In this document: positions 24,331-36,785 of the stretch, piece by piece | How the letters are laid out: each line of letters begins with the position of its first letter | Position numbering within the stretch: the first letter of the stretch is position 1 | NCBI GenBank assembly: GCA_002269645.1 | Contig: NIVC01004632.1 | Coordinates: 1 to 40,199, forward strand | Length of the DNA: 40,199 bases | Direction of reading: 5' to 3' | From: Macrostomum lignano | Lineage: Eukaryota | Notes under the pieces: model-generated | What the model saw: only the letters and a program-made list of their open reading frames with translations | Databases searched by the model: none | Told to the model about the DNA's origin: nothing | Program-made: the position numbers and the translations under genes

Positions 24331-24550
24331 TCAAGATCGGCGACGAGTGAGTCACCAACGCGGCAACGTGGCCTAGTTCGTCCAAGATTAGTTTGCGCCG
24401 TCTACTACGAAGACGGCGACTCCAACTGGCTGGCCGCATCAGCGCCGAGTCGCACTGCCCACACGAGGTGCTGCTGCTGACGCTGCAGACACGACAGGCG
24501 CGCACTCGGCGTTTCGTCGACAGCCTGCTGAACAAATGTGACGCCGCTCT
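24330..24550 (+). mobile_element. Decayed 3' fragment of an RTE-like non-LTR retrotransposon
   Basis: One frame reads KIGDE*VTNAA..LLRRRRLQLAGRISAESHCPHEVLLLTLQTRQARTRRFVDSLL, resembling the RRL.xAGHV.R tail of RTE-clade RTs (recalled similarity). Confidence 0.55.
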
Positions 24551-24716
24551 CTTTAGATGGGTTTTTCACACACTGATCATGTCCTTGACTGCCACTCTCC
24601 CTGGCTGTCACATGTACATGCATCTGATAGCTGTCCTTGCATTTTAGAAACTAAATCGTTTCCAAGACTTTAGAAACGTTTTTTTGTACAAATTTTGCAT
24701 TAGGAGAGCATGCACT

Positions 24717-24948
24717 GGGGGTGTTTCTCGAAACTCACGTAAGTTTTATGGTAAGTTAGATCGTAAGAAAGAAATTTACGTGTAGCGTAAGTTTGCTCGT
24801 AAGACGCTTTCTCAAAACTCACTTAGACTTTGCGTGGCTTATGCTGTTCGTAAGTCGTATCTGAAACGAAAAGTTGCATGTCTATGGTCATAAATCTGTA
24901 AATATCTTTACTTAGTCTATCGTAAGTTGCTTTCGAGAAAGACCCACC
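24717..24948. mobile_element. MITE-like element, possibly PIF/Harbinger-type
   Basis: Inverted ends GGGTGTTTCTCGAAA / TTTCGAGAAAGACCC; internal CGTAAG repeats. Confidence 0.45.
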
Positions 24949-25531
24949 TTCGATAAAGTTTAACTTGACTTGGCTTGACTAAAGCTTCACGCAAGGACGA
25001 CTTAAGTAGAAGGACGGGAAACCTCGTTTCTTAGAAAATTTTTGAAGACACTTTTTTCCCGAAAAAATACACTGCGGAGATAGGAAATTTTCATTTTTTC
25101 AGCACAAAAATTGCTATAACTTTTGATAGGAGGCAGCTCCAGTGTTCATCTTTTGATATCTTGTGCCTTTTTTATTGCTCTATCGATATTTATAAGCTTT
25201 CCGTTCAGAAAATTAGGATTCAGAAAAACAGCACCGTAACAACTTGGTGATTTGAAGAGATCAACGCCCCTACGATACTGCGTTCAAGTAAATGTTTTAA
25301 TATATACCCGGTAATTATACGTTGCCAATTTAGACTACACAGAGAGAAGTACATGTTAGACTAATAAATATTTAAATCGTAAAATCTCCTCTATAGCCCG
25401 AAATTGTGGACATACGCTCGTAAAAGAAACAGCAGCATAAAAGAGACGTATGTGCACAGCGTGTACAGAACGGCGTGTGGCAGTGTCTAACTGACAAAAA
25501 CATGTCACGTTATTGGCGTAGCGGCCAGCTA

Positions 25532-25558
25532 TGCGGTGACCCTTAAAAGGGCCGTTTT
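25532..25558 (-). terminator. Histone-type 3' stem-loop AAAAC-GGCCCT-TTTA-AGGGTC-ACCGCA
   Basis: Matches the replication-dependent histone 3' element (6 bp stem, 4 nt loop, A/C-rich flanks) with one G-U pair; no histone ORF upstream. Confidence 0.65.
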
Positions 25559-26039
25559 AGTCCCAAAATAAGTTGAAGTCAATTCTTGTAAGCGGATTTT
25601 GTAGCGGAGCACTTGGCGATAAAGGCAGGAACTGCCGTAGTTGTCTTTATTGTTAATATCAGTATTAAGTTTGGTTGTTACTGGCAATAAACAGACTATA
25701 GCTTTCTGGGCACTGGCGGCTGCAGCAATGGGTTGAATATAATTTGGATATGAAGTCAAGTGGCAGGCGAATGACACAATGGCGACGTGACGTGAGCAGT
25801 GGCTATGAGCACAGTGAAGGCGGTGAAACGTAGTGGTGAGTTGGCGTCGGTCGTGGCGTGAAACAGTCAAGTAAGTGTGTGAGCAGGCTGGCCCAGACAG
25901 AAGGGCCGTGGTGAGAAATAAGGAGGCTCGAGGCAGCCAGACAAACAGATAAGACAGCTAAGAGGCCGCAGGGAAGGAAACAAGGGACAAGCGGGGAGAG
26001 ACGAAAAAGAGAGAGCGAGGGGAGGGTGGAGTGCCCGCC

Positions 26040-26190
26040 GCCAGGCGGGGGGGTTTAATAAAAGAGCGCAGAGGGGGGTAGCGCGAACACGAGTGATTTC
26101 ATTGGCTGGCGAGAGAACTTAAAATTATCGATCGTGCCAATTTTATACGGTGGCGAGAGAGGATAGCAAAATATACAATGAATTATAAAT
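26040..26190. promoter_or_regulatory. Candidate bidirectional promoter between the two stem-loops
   Basis: GGCGGGG at 26044, TATA-like TTTATTAAA (-) ~26054-62, CCAAT (-) 26101-05, CCAAT (+) 26137-41, TATAAAT (+) 26184-90. Confidence 0.35.
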
Positions 26191-26301
26191 TGCCACAAAA
26201 TCGTTGGGCACTACTACAAGTAAACGTCGCAATAAACGAATGGAAAAGTTTAGTTGAAGCGGTGAAACTGAAGGGTTGAATGACTATGGAAAACCAGCAG
26301 T

Positions 26302-26327
26302 CCAACGGCCCTTTTCGGGACCACCTT
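26302..26327 (+). terminator. Degenerate histone-type 3' stem-loop CCAAC-GGCCCT-TTTC-GGGACC-ACCTT
   Basis: Same AACGGCCCTTTT core and ACC 3' flank as the minus-strand copy; the stem has one mismatch and one wobble. Confidence 0.5.
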
Positions 26328-27569
26328 AAACTGACAACGTCACAAACAAATACAGCATATAGCTCGTACTTTTGTTAATCTCTGGCTCACTAGATCGGGG
26401 TGGATAATTTTCAATGTCCGTGGGTGAAGCAGTAATTTTGGTGAGGCCGGGGTGAGCCTTAGCCATAAGTGGCAAGATCCCTAGGATCCCCGAATTCCTG
26501 GAGTGTCTCACTGGCAAGGCACACTATTTCTGGGGCTCAAGCTGCTGCAACCGTCAAAAACAGCAAGAGGCCTGATCAGGTGGTCGTTTGCCAGCTCCTT
26601 CACGGGTTAAGTTCACCTAGCGCAATAATGGCAGCTCAAAGCAGCACAGAGAGCGCGGTACTCTTCCTTAAATACGGGCAGCTCACCAGCGATACAAAAT
26701 CGTCGGCAAGAAGTCTCAGGCCGCACCACAACCCTCCGAGCCGAGTACGCCTTCGGTGACAATCTCATCAGAGACCTTGTTTACGTCAGAATCGAATCAT
26801 ACTATAGCTTATCAAATCTTATCTGGAATTGTGTTCGACTTTGTTACTCATTCTCTTGTACCGTACCTGTGACTATTGGATAAGTTTTGGTTGGACTCGC
26901 CGGTGATAGGCAAATAGGAATCAACCGTTTTAAAACATCCGAATCGCTCCAGTATTTGTCTTGGGCGTGACTATTTGGCCGTATATACATGTATATTACA
27001 CCGTGGAACTGGATTGTGCGAAAGTTTCAAAAAAGGACGCTTGAGCTTTTTACAATGTTAATGCTCTCACACTCTTACTGCTCATAAATCACAGCCATCC
27101 TCGATTCCAATAAACAGAAAAGTAGCATTAATTAAGCTTTTTGAGCAATATTTTAAAGCTCCAACTTCCCGGCGATTCCTACTTGTATATGTGCTGCATA
27201 ACAAAGTCTTCTTTAAATATTCAAGAAAGTTTTTCTCAAGTTTTTCGTTAAGATAATCAACACATGTTTAAAAAACAAACAATAGTTTAATTAAGTTGTT
27301 TTGAAATGTTTTTCACAATTTCAATTTTCTATTTTCAATGAAACGAGACTTTTAGAAAGCAGTTAATCTTTCAGAAAAAACAGGATTGATTGTGACTATG
27401 TTAGTGATTACACTGTGTGTTACATTTCCATTTCATAAAATAGTTGAATCTAATCAATTAAATTTATCTCGTGGTTGCTAGATTCCCTTTTACAGACTAA
27501 TCGGACTTAGAGAAAGTTTCTAATCACTATTTGATTGTTTTAAAACGTTTCTAGTGACTGTCTGGTATA

Positions 27570-30500
27570 ATGTCGTATTCACAGCTGAGCCAGGATGTTA
27601 CTGAACGTTATTCAAATGTCTCCAATTTTTTTCGCAGTGGTCACATAGAAGACATTGACAAAATTGGTAAGCAGGAAAGCTAGAAGCTTTAAAGTATTGC
27701 TATTTTCATCAATAAATTTAAACAACAAATAAATATAGTCTAGACTCAACAAATATTTTTGCAATAATTAATTTTTGATAGTATTTGACTGGTTTATTTA
27801 GCAGTTAATTTGTCAATAATAAAATTTAAAATGATAATATAAATCCAAAGCTATGCTATAGCTATGGTTTATATTTTGTCAGTTGTTATTGTTATAGCAA
27901 AAAAAAGTATTGAAAGAATATAGTTATAAAAATCTATAAAAATGTTGTTTCAATGAATGTTTTTCATTGATATATTTTCAAAAATTTTTTTAATACATAT
28001 GTTTGACAAACTAGTCATATGCATATCTTTAAAAAGTTATTTCAAAAGTTCATAACTATTAGTATACTTCATCATTTATAGTATACTTATATTTTTTAAG
28101 CAGAAAATTTTCTCTGCTTTCACATATTGTGATTTTTTTCCTTTCATATATAATTTTATCTTTTTATTTATAGAAAAAAACAACACATTCATTTTTCATC
28201 TTATCCATTTTTTGGCTTATAGTATAACCATTTTTGCTTATAGTATTGTTATTATAGTAACTTTATATAAAAATTCACAATGGTTATTTTTATAGTCAAC
28301 ACCTAAAATATATATATATATACTTGTGGTGTCAATCATAAGACTCTAAGAGACTATAAATATAGTAATAAGAGATATCAAAACTTGTTTTTAATGCATT
28401 GATACTAAGTTAACTTTCTTGTCATCAACCATAGCTTATAACTAAATGCTTAGTATAATGAAATTTTCCTAATAAATATAAAAAAGCCATTCAGCTTTTT
28501 TTATTTAGTGACTATAAAAATAACAATTTTGATATTTATATAGTTTTGTTAAGTTAATCACTTCAGCTCAGATAGTATTCATTGTGTTAACCATAAAAAT
28601 AGCAATTTCACTATTTACATGGTCACCGTAACAATAACAAAAATCTTATATTTTATTGGGATTTAATATTTTGTAAGATTTAGAAGCAGTTTTTTTCTTT
28701 AAGCTTAAAACAATCAGGGTCAAATAAAATAATTTTAGTATGCTAAAGTAGGCATATTTTAGGCATATTTTAAATGCCTTTAAACAAAGAACCTATTATG
28801 GTGTTATAATTGATATTTTTTGAATATTTATTATTAATATTACTAAAAATTATCTATCTGTAAATCAACTAATATATAAACAGTGGTTTGTATAGCAATT
28901 ATATTCAGCACTTTTTCTGCTCACTTCTATCCATTTTATTATACAGGTATGTATGCAGCCACTAGTCAGCTACAGCAAAGGGCCAATGAGGTTCGGGCTA
29001 ACAGGGTGAATTGGCAATCATATTTGCAGTAAGTGAATTTCTATGACTTTGTTTTTTGTATGGTTTATTAATTCTCTTTTAACATATTGGGAGCAAGAAA
29101 GTTTTAATTATATAGGAGTAATTGCAATAGGGACTCATCTTATTAGTAGTTTAGTTGATATTTAGACATTTTTTTATTAATGAAAAAGACAATGAGATGT
29201 AGATCTAAGGTAGAGAGAGATAAAGGGTAAATTAATCAGATTCAGTTAGATGAAGGGAGAGTCAATGAGATGCAGGGAGTGAATGAGATGCAGGGAGAGT
29301 CAATGAGATGCAGGGAGAGTCAATGAGATGCAAGGAGAGTCAATGAGATGCAGGGAGAGTCAATGAGATTCAGGGAGAGTCAATGAGATGCAAGGAGAGT
29401 CAATGAGATGCAGGGAGAGTCAATGAGATGCAAGGAGAGTCAATGAGATGCAGGGAGAGTCAATGAGATGCAGGGAGAGTCAATGAGATGCAGGGAGAGT
29501 CAATGAGATGCAGGGAGAGTCAATGAGATGCAGGGAGAGTCAATGAGATGCAAGGAGAGTCAATGAGATGCAAGGAGAGTCAATGAGATGCAGGGAGAGT
29601 CAATGAGATGCAAAGAGAGTCAATGAGATGCAAAGAGAGTCAATGAGATGCAGGGAGAGTCAATGAGATGCAGGGAGAGTCAATGAGATGCAAGGAGAGT
29701 CAATGAGATGCAGGGAGAGTCAATGAGATGCAGGGAGAGTCAATGAGATGCAGGGAGAGTCAATGAGATGCAGGGAGAGTCAATGAGATGCAGGGAGTGA
29801 ATGAGATGCAGGGAGAGTCAATGAGATGCAGGGAGAGTCAATGAGATGCAAGGAGAGTCAATGAGATGCAAGGAGAGTCAATGAGATGCAGGGAGAGTCA
29901 ATGAGATGCAAGGAGAGTCAATGAGATGCAGGGAGAGTCAATGAGATGCAGGGAGAGTCAATGAGATGCAAGGAGAGTCAATGAGATGCAGGGAGAGTCA
30001 ATGAGATGCAGGGAGAGTCAATGAGATGCAAGGAGAGTCAATGAGATGCAGGGAGAGTCAATGAGATGCAAGGAGAGTCAATGAGATGCAAGGAGAGTCA
30101 ATGAGATGCAAGGAGAGTCAATGAGATGCAAGGAGAGTCAATGAGATGCAGGGAGAGTCAATGAGATGCAGGGAGAGTCAATGAGATGCAAGGAGAGTCA
30201 ATGAGATGCAGGGAGAGTCAATGAGATGCAGGGAGAGTCAATGAGATGCAGGGAGAGTCAATGAGATGCAGGGAGAGTCAATGAGATGCAAGGAGAGTCA
30301 ATGAGATGCAGGGAGAGTCAATGAGATGCAGGGAGAGTCAATGAGATGCAGGGAGAGTCAATGAGATGCAGGGAGAGTCAATGAGATGCAAGGAGAGTCA
30401 ATGAGATGCAGGGAGAGTCAATGAGATGCAGGGAGACACAGCCAGAGTAACTCAACCCCACATGCGCAGAGGCCAAATGATAGACCAGGCTGACTATGAC

Positions 30501-33500
30501 TTCATCGTGAAGCTGGAGTCCCGGGCCAGTCAACCGGAGCAGCGCAAGGCTCTGATAGACGAGAATTCCAGTCAGTTTGTTCGAACGATACTCGCCCTGC
30601 TGGCTAGAATCTCCAAGGAGCAGACTGTGCAGTACATCCTAACTCTGCTCGATGACCTGCTGCAGGAGGAAAAGCAACGCGTCGAGCTGTTCAAAGCTTA
30701 TTCCCAGCGACGCAGAGAGAGCGTATGGGCGCCGTTCTTTGGTATGCTGCACAGGCAGGATGGCTTCATTGTCAATCAGGCATCGAGAATCATCGCCAAA
30801 ATTGCCTGCTGGGGTAACCAGCTGATGGAGCACACTGAGCTGCTGCATTACCTGTCCTGGCTCAGGGAGCAGCTGCGACTGCCTGTAGGATTTTTAATTG
30901 TCTTCTCCGATGCTGTGTCTTCCCTATGATCCCAGTGTCTTCCTTATGATCCCAGAGTCTTCCTTATGATCCCAGTGTCTTCCTTATGATCCCAGTGTCT
31001 TCCTTATGATCCCAGAGTCTTCCTGGTGATCCCAGTGTCTTCCTTATGATCCCAGTGTCTTCCTTATGATCCCAGTGTCTTCCTTATGAACCCAGTGTCT
31101 TCCTTATGATCCCAGTGTCTTCCTTATGATCCAGAGTCTTCCTTATGATCCCAGTGTCTTCCTTATGATCCCAGTGTCTTCCTTATGATCCCAGTGTCTT
31201 CCTTATGATCCCAGAGTCTTCCTGGTGATCCCAGTGTCTTCCTTATGATCCCAGTGTCTTCCTTATGATCCCAGTGTCTTCCTTATGAACCCAGTGTCTT
31301 CCTTATGATCCCAGTGTCTTCCTTATGATCCCAGAGTCTTCTTATGATCCCAGTGTCTTCCTTATGATCCCAGTGTCTTCCTTATGATCCCAATGTTCCC
31401 TGTGATCTCAGTGTCTTCCTTATGATCCCAGAGTCTTCCTTATGATCCCAGTGTCTTCCTTATGATCCCAGTGTCTTCTTATGATCCCAGTGTCTTCCTT
31501 ATGATCCCAGTGTCTTCCTTATGATCCCAGTGTCTTCCTTATGATCCCAGTGTCTTCCTTAAGATCAGTGTCTTCCTTATGATCCCAGTGTCTTCCTTAT
31601 GATCCCAGAGTCTTCCCTATGATCCCAGTGTCTTCCTTATGATCCCAGTCTTCCCCACGATCCCGGTGTCTTCCCTATGATCCCAGTGTCTTCCCTATGA
31701 TCCCAGTCTTCCCCACGATCCCGGTGTCTTCCCCATGATCCCAGAGTCTTCCCCGTGATCCCAGTGTCTTTCACACGAGCATCATGAAGCCCATATGCAA
31801 TCCATATTATTCCAATGTCTCCCTGGCCTCACAGTGCTCTCTCTTGCTAACAACACCTTGCCGCTTTGAAATCCCCTCCGTAGTCGAACGAGTACATCCA
31901 AACAGTGGCCCGCTGCCTGCAAATGATGCTCAGAGTTGGGCCCTACAGACAGGCATTCTGCGACATTGACGGCATTGCCACCTTGGCCAGCGTTCTGTCA
32001 ACTAAGGTCAACTATCAGATCCAGTACCAGCTGGTGTTCTGCCTGTGGTGCCTCAGCTTCGATGCTGATATTGTTATGCGAATGAAGAAGTGAGTTTTAT
32101 TTATTCTGCAGTTTGCGGAAGAGTAGCGTTAGTTCTATTGGCGCTAAAGTCACGTATACGCTAAACTTGGCGCCACGATCTGTGTCTGCCAGTGGCACCG
32201 AATTTCGTGTGTGGATGGCGCCAAATTCAGTATGATAACGGCGCCAAATTTAGTATGTTGATGGCACCAGATTCAGTATGATAACGGCGCCAAATTCAGT
32301 ATGTTGATGGCGCCAAATTCAGTATGATAACGGCGCCAAATTTAGTATGTTGATGGCACCAGATTCAGTATGATAATAACGGCGCCAAATTCGTTATGTT
32401 GACGGCGCCAAATTCAGTATGATAACGGCGCCAAATTCAGTATGTTGATGGCGCCAAATTCAGTATTTTGATTGCGCCAAATTCGATATGTCAGTGGCGC
32501 CAAATTCAGTGTTTTGATTGCGCCAAATTCGATATGTCAGTGGCGCCAAATTCAGTATTTTGATTGAGCCAAATTCGATATGTCAGTGGCGCCAAATTCA
32601 GTATTTTGATTGCGCCAAATTCGATGTCAGTGGCGCCAAATTCAGTATGTTGATGGCGCCAAATTCAGTATGTTGATGGCGCCAAATTCAGTATGTTGAT
32701 GGCGCCAAATTCGGTATGATAATTTTTACATTGATAAGACGATAATTCGTCTATATCAACGTTTCCAGTATATTTTAGTTAAAATATAAACAAAATGAAT
32801 AAATATTCCTGCCGCCTACTGTTAGTAGCTGATAGCTCTCGTATATCAAGAGTAGCCGCTCTCTCTCCCGCGCAGGTACAATCTGATCCCAATCTGCGCG
32901 GACGTTCTGTGCGAATCCGAGAAAGAGAAAGTTAATCGCATTGTGTGCGCCTTCTTTCGGCACCTGCTTGAGAAGCCAACTGACTCAATGATGGTTAGGG
33001 AGAGCGCGCCCATGGTGCACTGCAAAGTGCTTAAACAGGTGCGAATGAGTATGATTTATTGCTTATCAACTGGGTGCTGGCATGTCAATTTTTTGCTAGA
33101 AAGTTACCCTCCATCCTGTAAGCTGTCAGTTCAGACTGTCACCCTCCATCCTGTAAGCTGTCAGTTCAGACTGTCACCCTCCATCCTGTAAGCTGTCAGT
33201 TCAGACTGTCACCCTCCATCCTGTCATCTGTCAGTTCAGACTGTCACCCTCCATCCTGTCATCTGTCAATTCAGACTGTCACCCTCCATCCTGTCATCTG
33301 TCAGTTCAGACTGTCACCCTCCATCCTGAAAGCTGTCAGTTCAGACTGTCACCCTCCATCCTGAAAGCTGTCAGTTCAGACTGTCACCCTCCATCCTGTA
33401 AGCTGTCAGTTCAGACTGTCACCCTCCATCCTGAAAGCTGTCAGTTCAGACTGTCACCCTCCATCCTGTAAGCTGTCAGTTCAGACTGTCACCCTCCATC

Positions 33501-35567
33501 CTATCCGCTGTCAGTTCAGGCTGTCACCCTCCATCCTATCAGCTGTCAGTTCAGGCTGTCACCCTCCATCCTATCAGCTGTCAGTTCAGGCTGTCACCCT
33601 CCATCCTGTAAGCTGTCAGTTCAGGCTGTCACCCTCCATCCTGTAAGCTGTCAGTTCAGGCTGTCACCCTCCATCCTGTAAGCTGTCAGTTCAGACTGTA
33701 ACCCTGCTCCCTGCTCACTCACCCGCCTCCAGGTGGAGCTGCTTGTGCAGAAAAAATACGACGATCCTGAGCACGAAGACGATTTACAGTTCCTGTTCGA
33801 ACGACTGAGCACTTCAATCCAAGATCTGAGCTCATTCGACGAATACGCCAGCGAATTGAAGGCGGGCCGACTCGAGTGGAGTCCGGTGCACAAGTCCGAG
33901 CGCTTCTGGCACGAGAATGCCACCAAGCTTAACGAGCGAAACTATGAACTGCTGAAGATCCTGGTTCGCCTGTTGGAGACTAGCAAAGACTCGCTCGTGC
34001 TCTGCGTTGCCGCTCACGATGTTGGAGAGTATGTTCGGCATTATCCCAGGGGAAAGACGTGAGTTATTGTACGCTTATGCTTTAGACATCTCATGTTCCC
34101 ATCTCAACATGAGAAATCCCACACTTCTAATCCCAAGATGAAAAATCTTAGACTTTAATCCCAACATGAGAAATCCCAAAATAAGAAATCCATACTCTAA
34201 TCCCAACACGAGAAATCCCAAACTCTAATCCCAACATGAGAAATCCCAAACTCTAATCCCAACATGAGAAATCCCACTCTAATCCCAACATGAGAAATCT
34301 CACACTTCTAATCCCAACATGAGAAATCCCAAGCTCTAATCCCAACATGAGAAATCTCACACTTCTAATCCCAGCATGAGAAATCCCATACTCTAATCCA
34401 AACATGAGAAATCCCAACTTCTAATCCCAACATGAAAACTTCCACATTCTAATCCCCACCTCGACATGAGAGATCTCACACATTTATCTCTCGCTAATTA
34501 AATGCGGTTTCACACAACTGCGCAGGGTTATTGAGCAGCTGGGCGCTAAAGAGCTGGTGATGAGGATGCTGACAAGCGACGATCCCAATGTTCGGTACAA
34601 CGCTCTCATTGCTGTGCAGAAGATCATGGTGCACAACTGGTCTGTTTTGGCATCATTTTGTCCTTGCTTGGTATAATTATTTTCATTCTTTCAAGGCCGT
34701 TTATCTTGTAGGTGGAGCTGTTAGACTGTCACCCTCTTCTGACTTGCTGTAGATTAGACTGTCACCATACTCTGACCTGCTGTAGATTAGACTGTCACCC
34801 TCTTCTGACCTGCTGTAGATTAGACTGTCACCATACTCTGACCTGCTGTAGATTGGACTGTCACCCTCTTCTGACTTGCTGTAGATTAGACTGTCACCCT
34901 CTTCTGACCTGCTGTAGATTAGACTGTCACCCTCTTCTGACCTGCTGTAGATTAGACTGTCACCATACTCTGACCTGCTGTAGATTAGACTGTCACCATA
35001 CTCTGACCTGCTGTAGATTGGACTGTCACCCTCTTCTGACTTGCTGTAGGTTAGACTGTCACCCTCTTCCGACTTGCTGTAAGTTAGACTGTCACCCTCT
35101 TCTGACCTGCTGTAGGTTAGACTGTCACCCTCTTCCGACTTGCTGTAGGTTAGACTGTCACCCTCTTCTGACCTGCTGTAGGTTAGACTGTCACCCTCTT
35201 CCGACTTGCTGTAGGTTAGACTGTCACCCTCTTCCGACTTGCTGTAAGTTAGACTGTCACCCTCTTCTGACCTGCTGTAGGTTAGACTGTCACCCTCTTC
35301 CGACTTGCTGTAGGTTAGACTGTCACCCTCTTCTGACCTGCTGTAGGTTAGACTGTCACCCTCTTCCGACTTGCTGTAGGTTAGACTGTCACCCCACTCT
35401 GACCTGCTGTAGATTATAAATACAGAAACAGACGATCAACCTACATTTCATTTCACTACACGCGCAGGGAGTACCTTGGCAAGCAGATTGAGGACAAGGC
35501 CAAGGCTGAGACTGGCGGTGGCGGCAAATCGGGCGGATCGCAGAGCCAGCAGGCTGTGAAATCTTGA
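27570..35567 (+). CDS. ATP6V1H: V-ATPase V1 subunit H, join(27570..27666 [first exon uncertain],28947..29028,30470..30884,31884..32089,32876..33038,33733..34058,34526..34639,35468..35567), ~500 aa
   Basis: [105 protein letters not shown]; all phases consistent (1503 nt). Confidence 0.96.
29260..30436. repeat. 20 bp minisatellite GAGAGTCAATGAGATGCA(G/A)G in ATP6V1H intron 2
   Basis: About 58 copies ending ~35 nt before the acceptor. Confidence 0.98.
30905..31775. repeat. 20 bp minisatellite GATCCCAGTGTCTTCCTTAT in ATP6V1H intron 3
   Basis: About 43 copies starting ~20 nt after the donor. Confidence 0.97.
32215..32715. repeat. ~23-25 bp minisatellite GGCGCCAAATTCAGTATGTTGAT in ATP6V1H intron 4
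   Basis: About 20 copies. Confidence 0.95.
33105..33705. repeat. 35 bp minisatellite CCCTCCATCCTGTAAGCTGTCAGTTCAGACTGTCA in ATP6V1H intron 5
   Basis: About 17 copies. Confidence 0.97.
34095..34460. repeat. ~31 bp minisatellite CTAATCCCAACATGAGAAATCCCACACTT in ATP6V1H intron 6
   Basis: About 11 degenerate copies. Confidence 0.92.
34718..35415. repeat. 36 bp minisatellite TTAGACTGTCACCCTCTTCTGACCTGCTGTAG.. in ATP6V1H intron 7
   Basis: About 19 copies; explains the [11 protein letters not shown] artefact ORF. Confidence 0.97.
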
Positions 35568-35884
35568 GTTGGAAAGTCGCAGCCGCAGCTCATTTTAATT
35601 ACAATTGGATGACCTCAATAGTTATGCTGACGTAGTTCCACATTTGTCTAGTATTATAGATTCACTCTCTGTAGCTGCCGTTTTGGCTAGAAATTGATAA
35701 ACCCGATCTGGTAGTGTAGGCTTTCTTCTGTGTTGTTAGTCTTCATGCGCAATTGAAATCATATATTCAGCTGGGGATATTTGTCCCATTATATTATATT
35801 ACGGTACATGCTTGCGCTCGTTTTACTTTAAGTAGTTGTCCTAGTCTTTTTCCTGTTTTTGGCTTCTTTTCAGCTGTTTCCGGT

Positions 35885-36046
35885 CCGTCTCTGTCTGTCT
35901 GTCTGTCTTAGTGTCTGTTTGTCTGTCTGTCTGTCTGTCTTAGTGTCTGTCTGTTTGTCTGTCTGTCTGCCTGCCTGTTTGTCTGTTTTTCTGTCTGTCT
36001 GTCCGTCTGTTTTTCTGTCTGTCTGTCTGCCTGTTTGTCTGTCTGC

Positions 36047-36077
<31 letters not shown>

Positions 36078-36099
36078 CCTGTTTGTCTGTCTGCCTGTT

Positions 36100-36131
<32 letters not shown>

Positions 36132-36134
36132 ATA

Positions 36135-36173
<39 letters not shown>

Positions 36174-36225
36174 TAGTGTCTGTCTGTCTGTCTGTCTGTC
36201 TTAGTGTCTGTCTGTCTGTCTGCAG
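35885..36225. repeat. (TCTG)n compound microsatellite
   Basis: Direct inspection. Confidence 0.96.
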
Positions 36226-36785
36226 ACATGCAACTCTTTAAGTTATCTCCAAATCCCATTTCTGTTTATTTTTGACAAACTACTAGCAGAAAAAAAATGA
36301 TTTTACTTTTCCTCGTTGATATTTTATTTTATTCCACAGCAAATTTTCTTGCTTCGAGTTGGCTTTTTATGCAGAAATAAATCATATTTTCAATGATATT
36401 CCATTTTTTGTTGTCCTTGACTAGCACACCGTTTTCTCCATTCTCAAATACTTCAATGACTTTTTAAATTGTCGTGCGAGTCTTGGAGACAGACCACAGT
36501 TTTTAATTAACTCACAGAGCCTCAGTTTTCTCATTAGAACTTTTTAAGCTTTGCACTCATTTTAGTTCCTACTTTATGCTTTTGACGTTGTGTGTACATT
36601 GATTGATAGCCTACTGTTGTAACTATTGATAATTACATGACTATTCTCTAATTTGTTCCTTTATTAATTAATTGCATTCACATAAAAATTGCATAATATT
36701 TTACAGTAAATGGGTTCCAATTCTAACTCTAGTTTTATTGTAGAATAAAATATATTTGCCTTATCCATTATCTTATCGTAAGAAA

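Noticed and set aside
24325-24352. VKIGD kinase subdomain VII-like microexon followed by GTGAGT
   Set aside because: Continues in frame into the RTE-like tail; no other kinase exons nearby
24323-24535. Minus-strand CRVC...CGQC piggyBac-like Cys motif
   Set aside because: Antisense to a more coherent plus-strand RTE-like frame; no accompanying transposase
25529-25870. 113-aa minus ORF as a histone or stem-loop-terminated mRNA
   Set aside because: Non-ATG start, no histone similarity, and the ORF runs through the stem-loop
26326-26760. GC-richer ORFs on both strands upstream of ATP6V1H
   Set aside because: No recognisable domain and frames are interrupted; may be promoter or decayed TE
27700-28900. 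Very AT-rich stretch in ATP6V1H intron 1 as a transposon
   Set aside because: No TIR, TSD or ORF could be defined by eye
34636-34646. Weak donor GTCTGT suggesting a mis-annotated exon end
   Set aside because: The phase and the HNW|EYLGKQ junction fit ATP6V1H exactly; accepted as a normal GT donor
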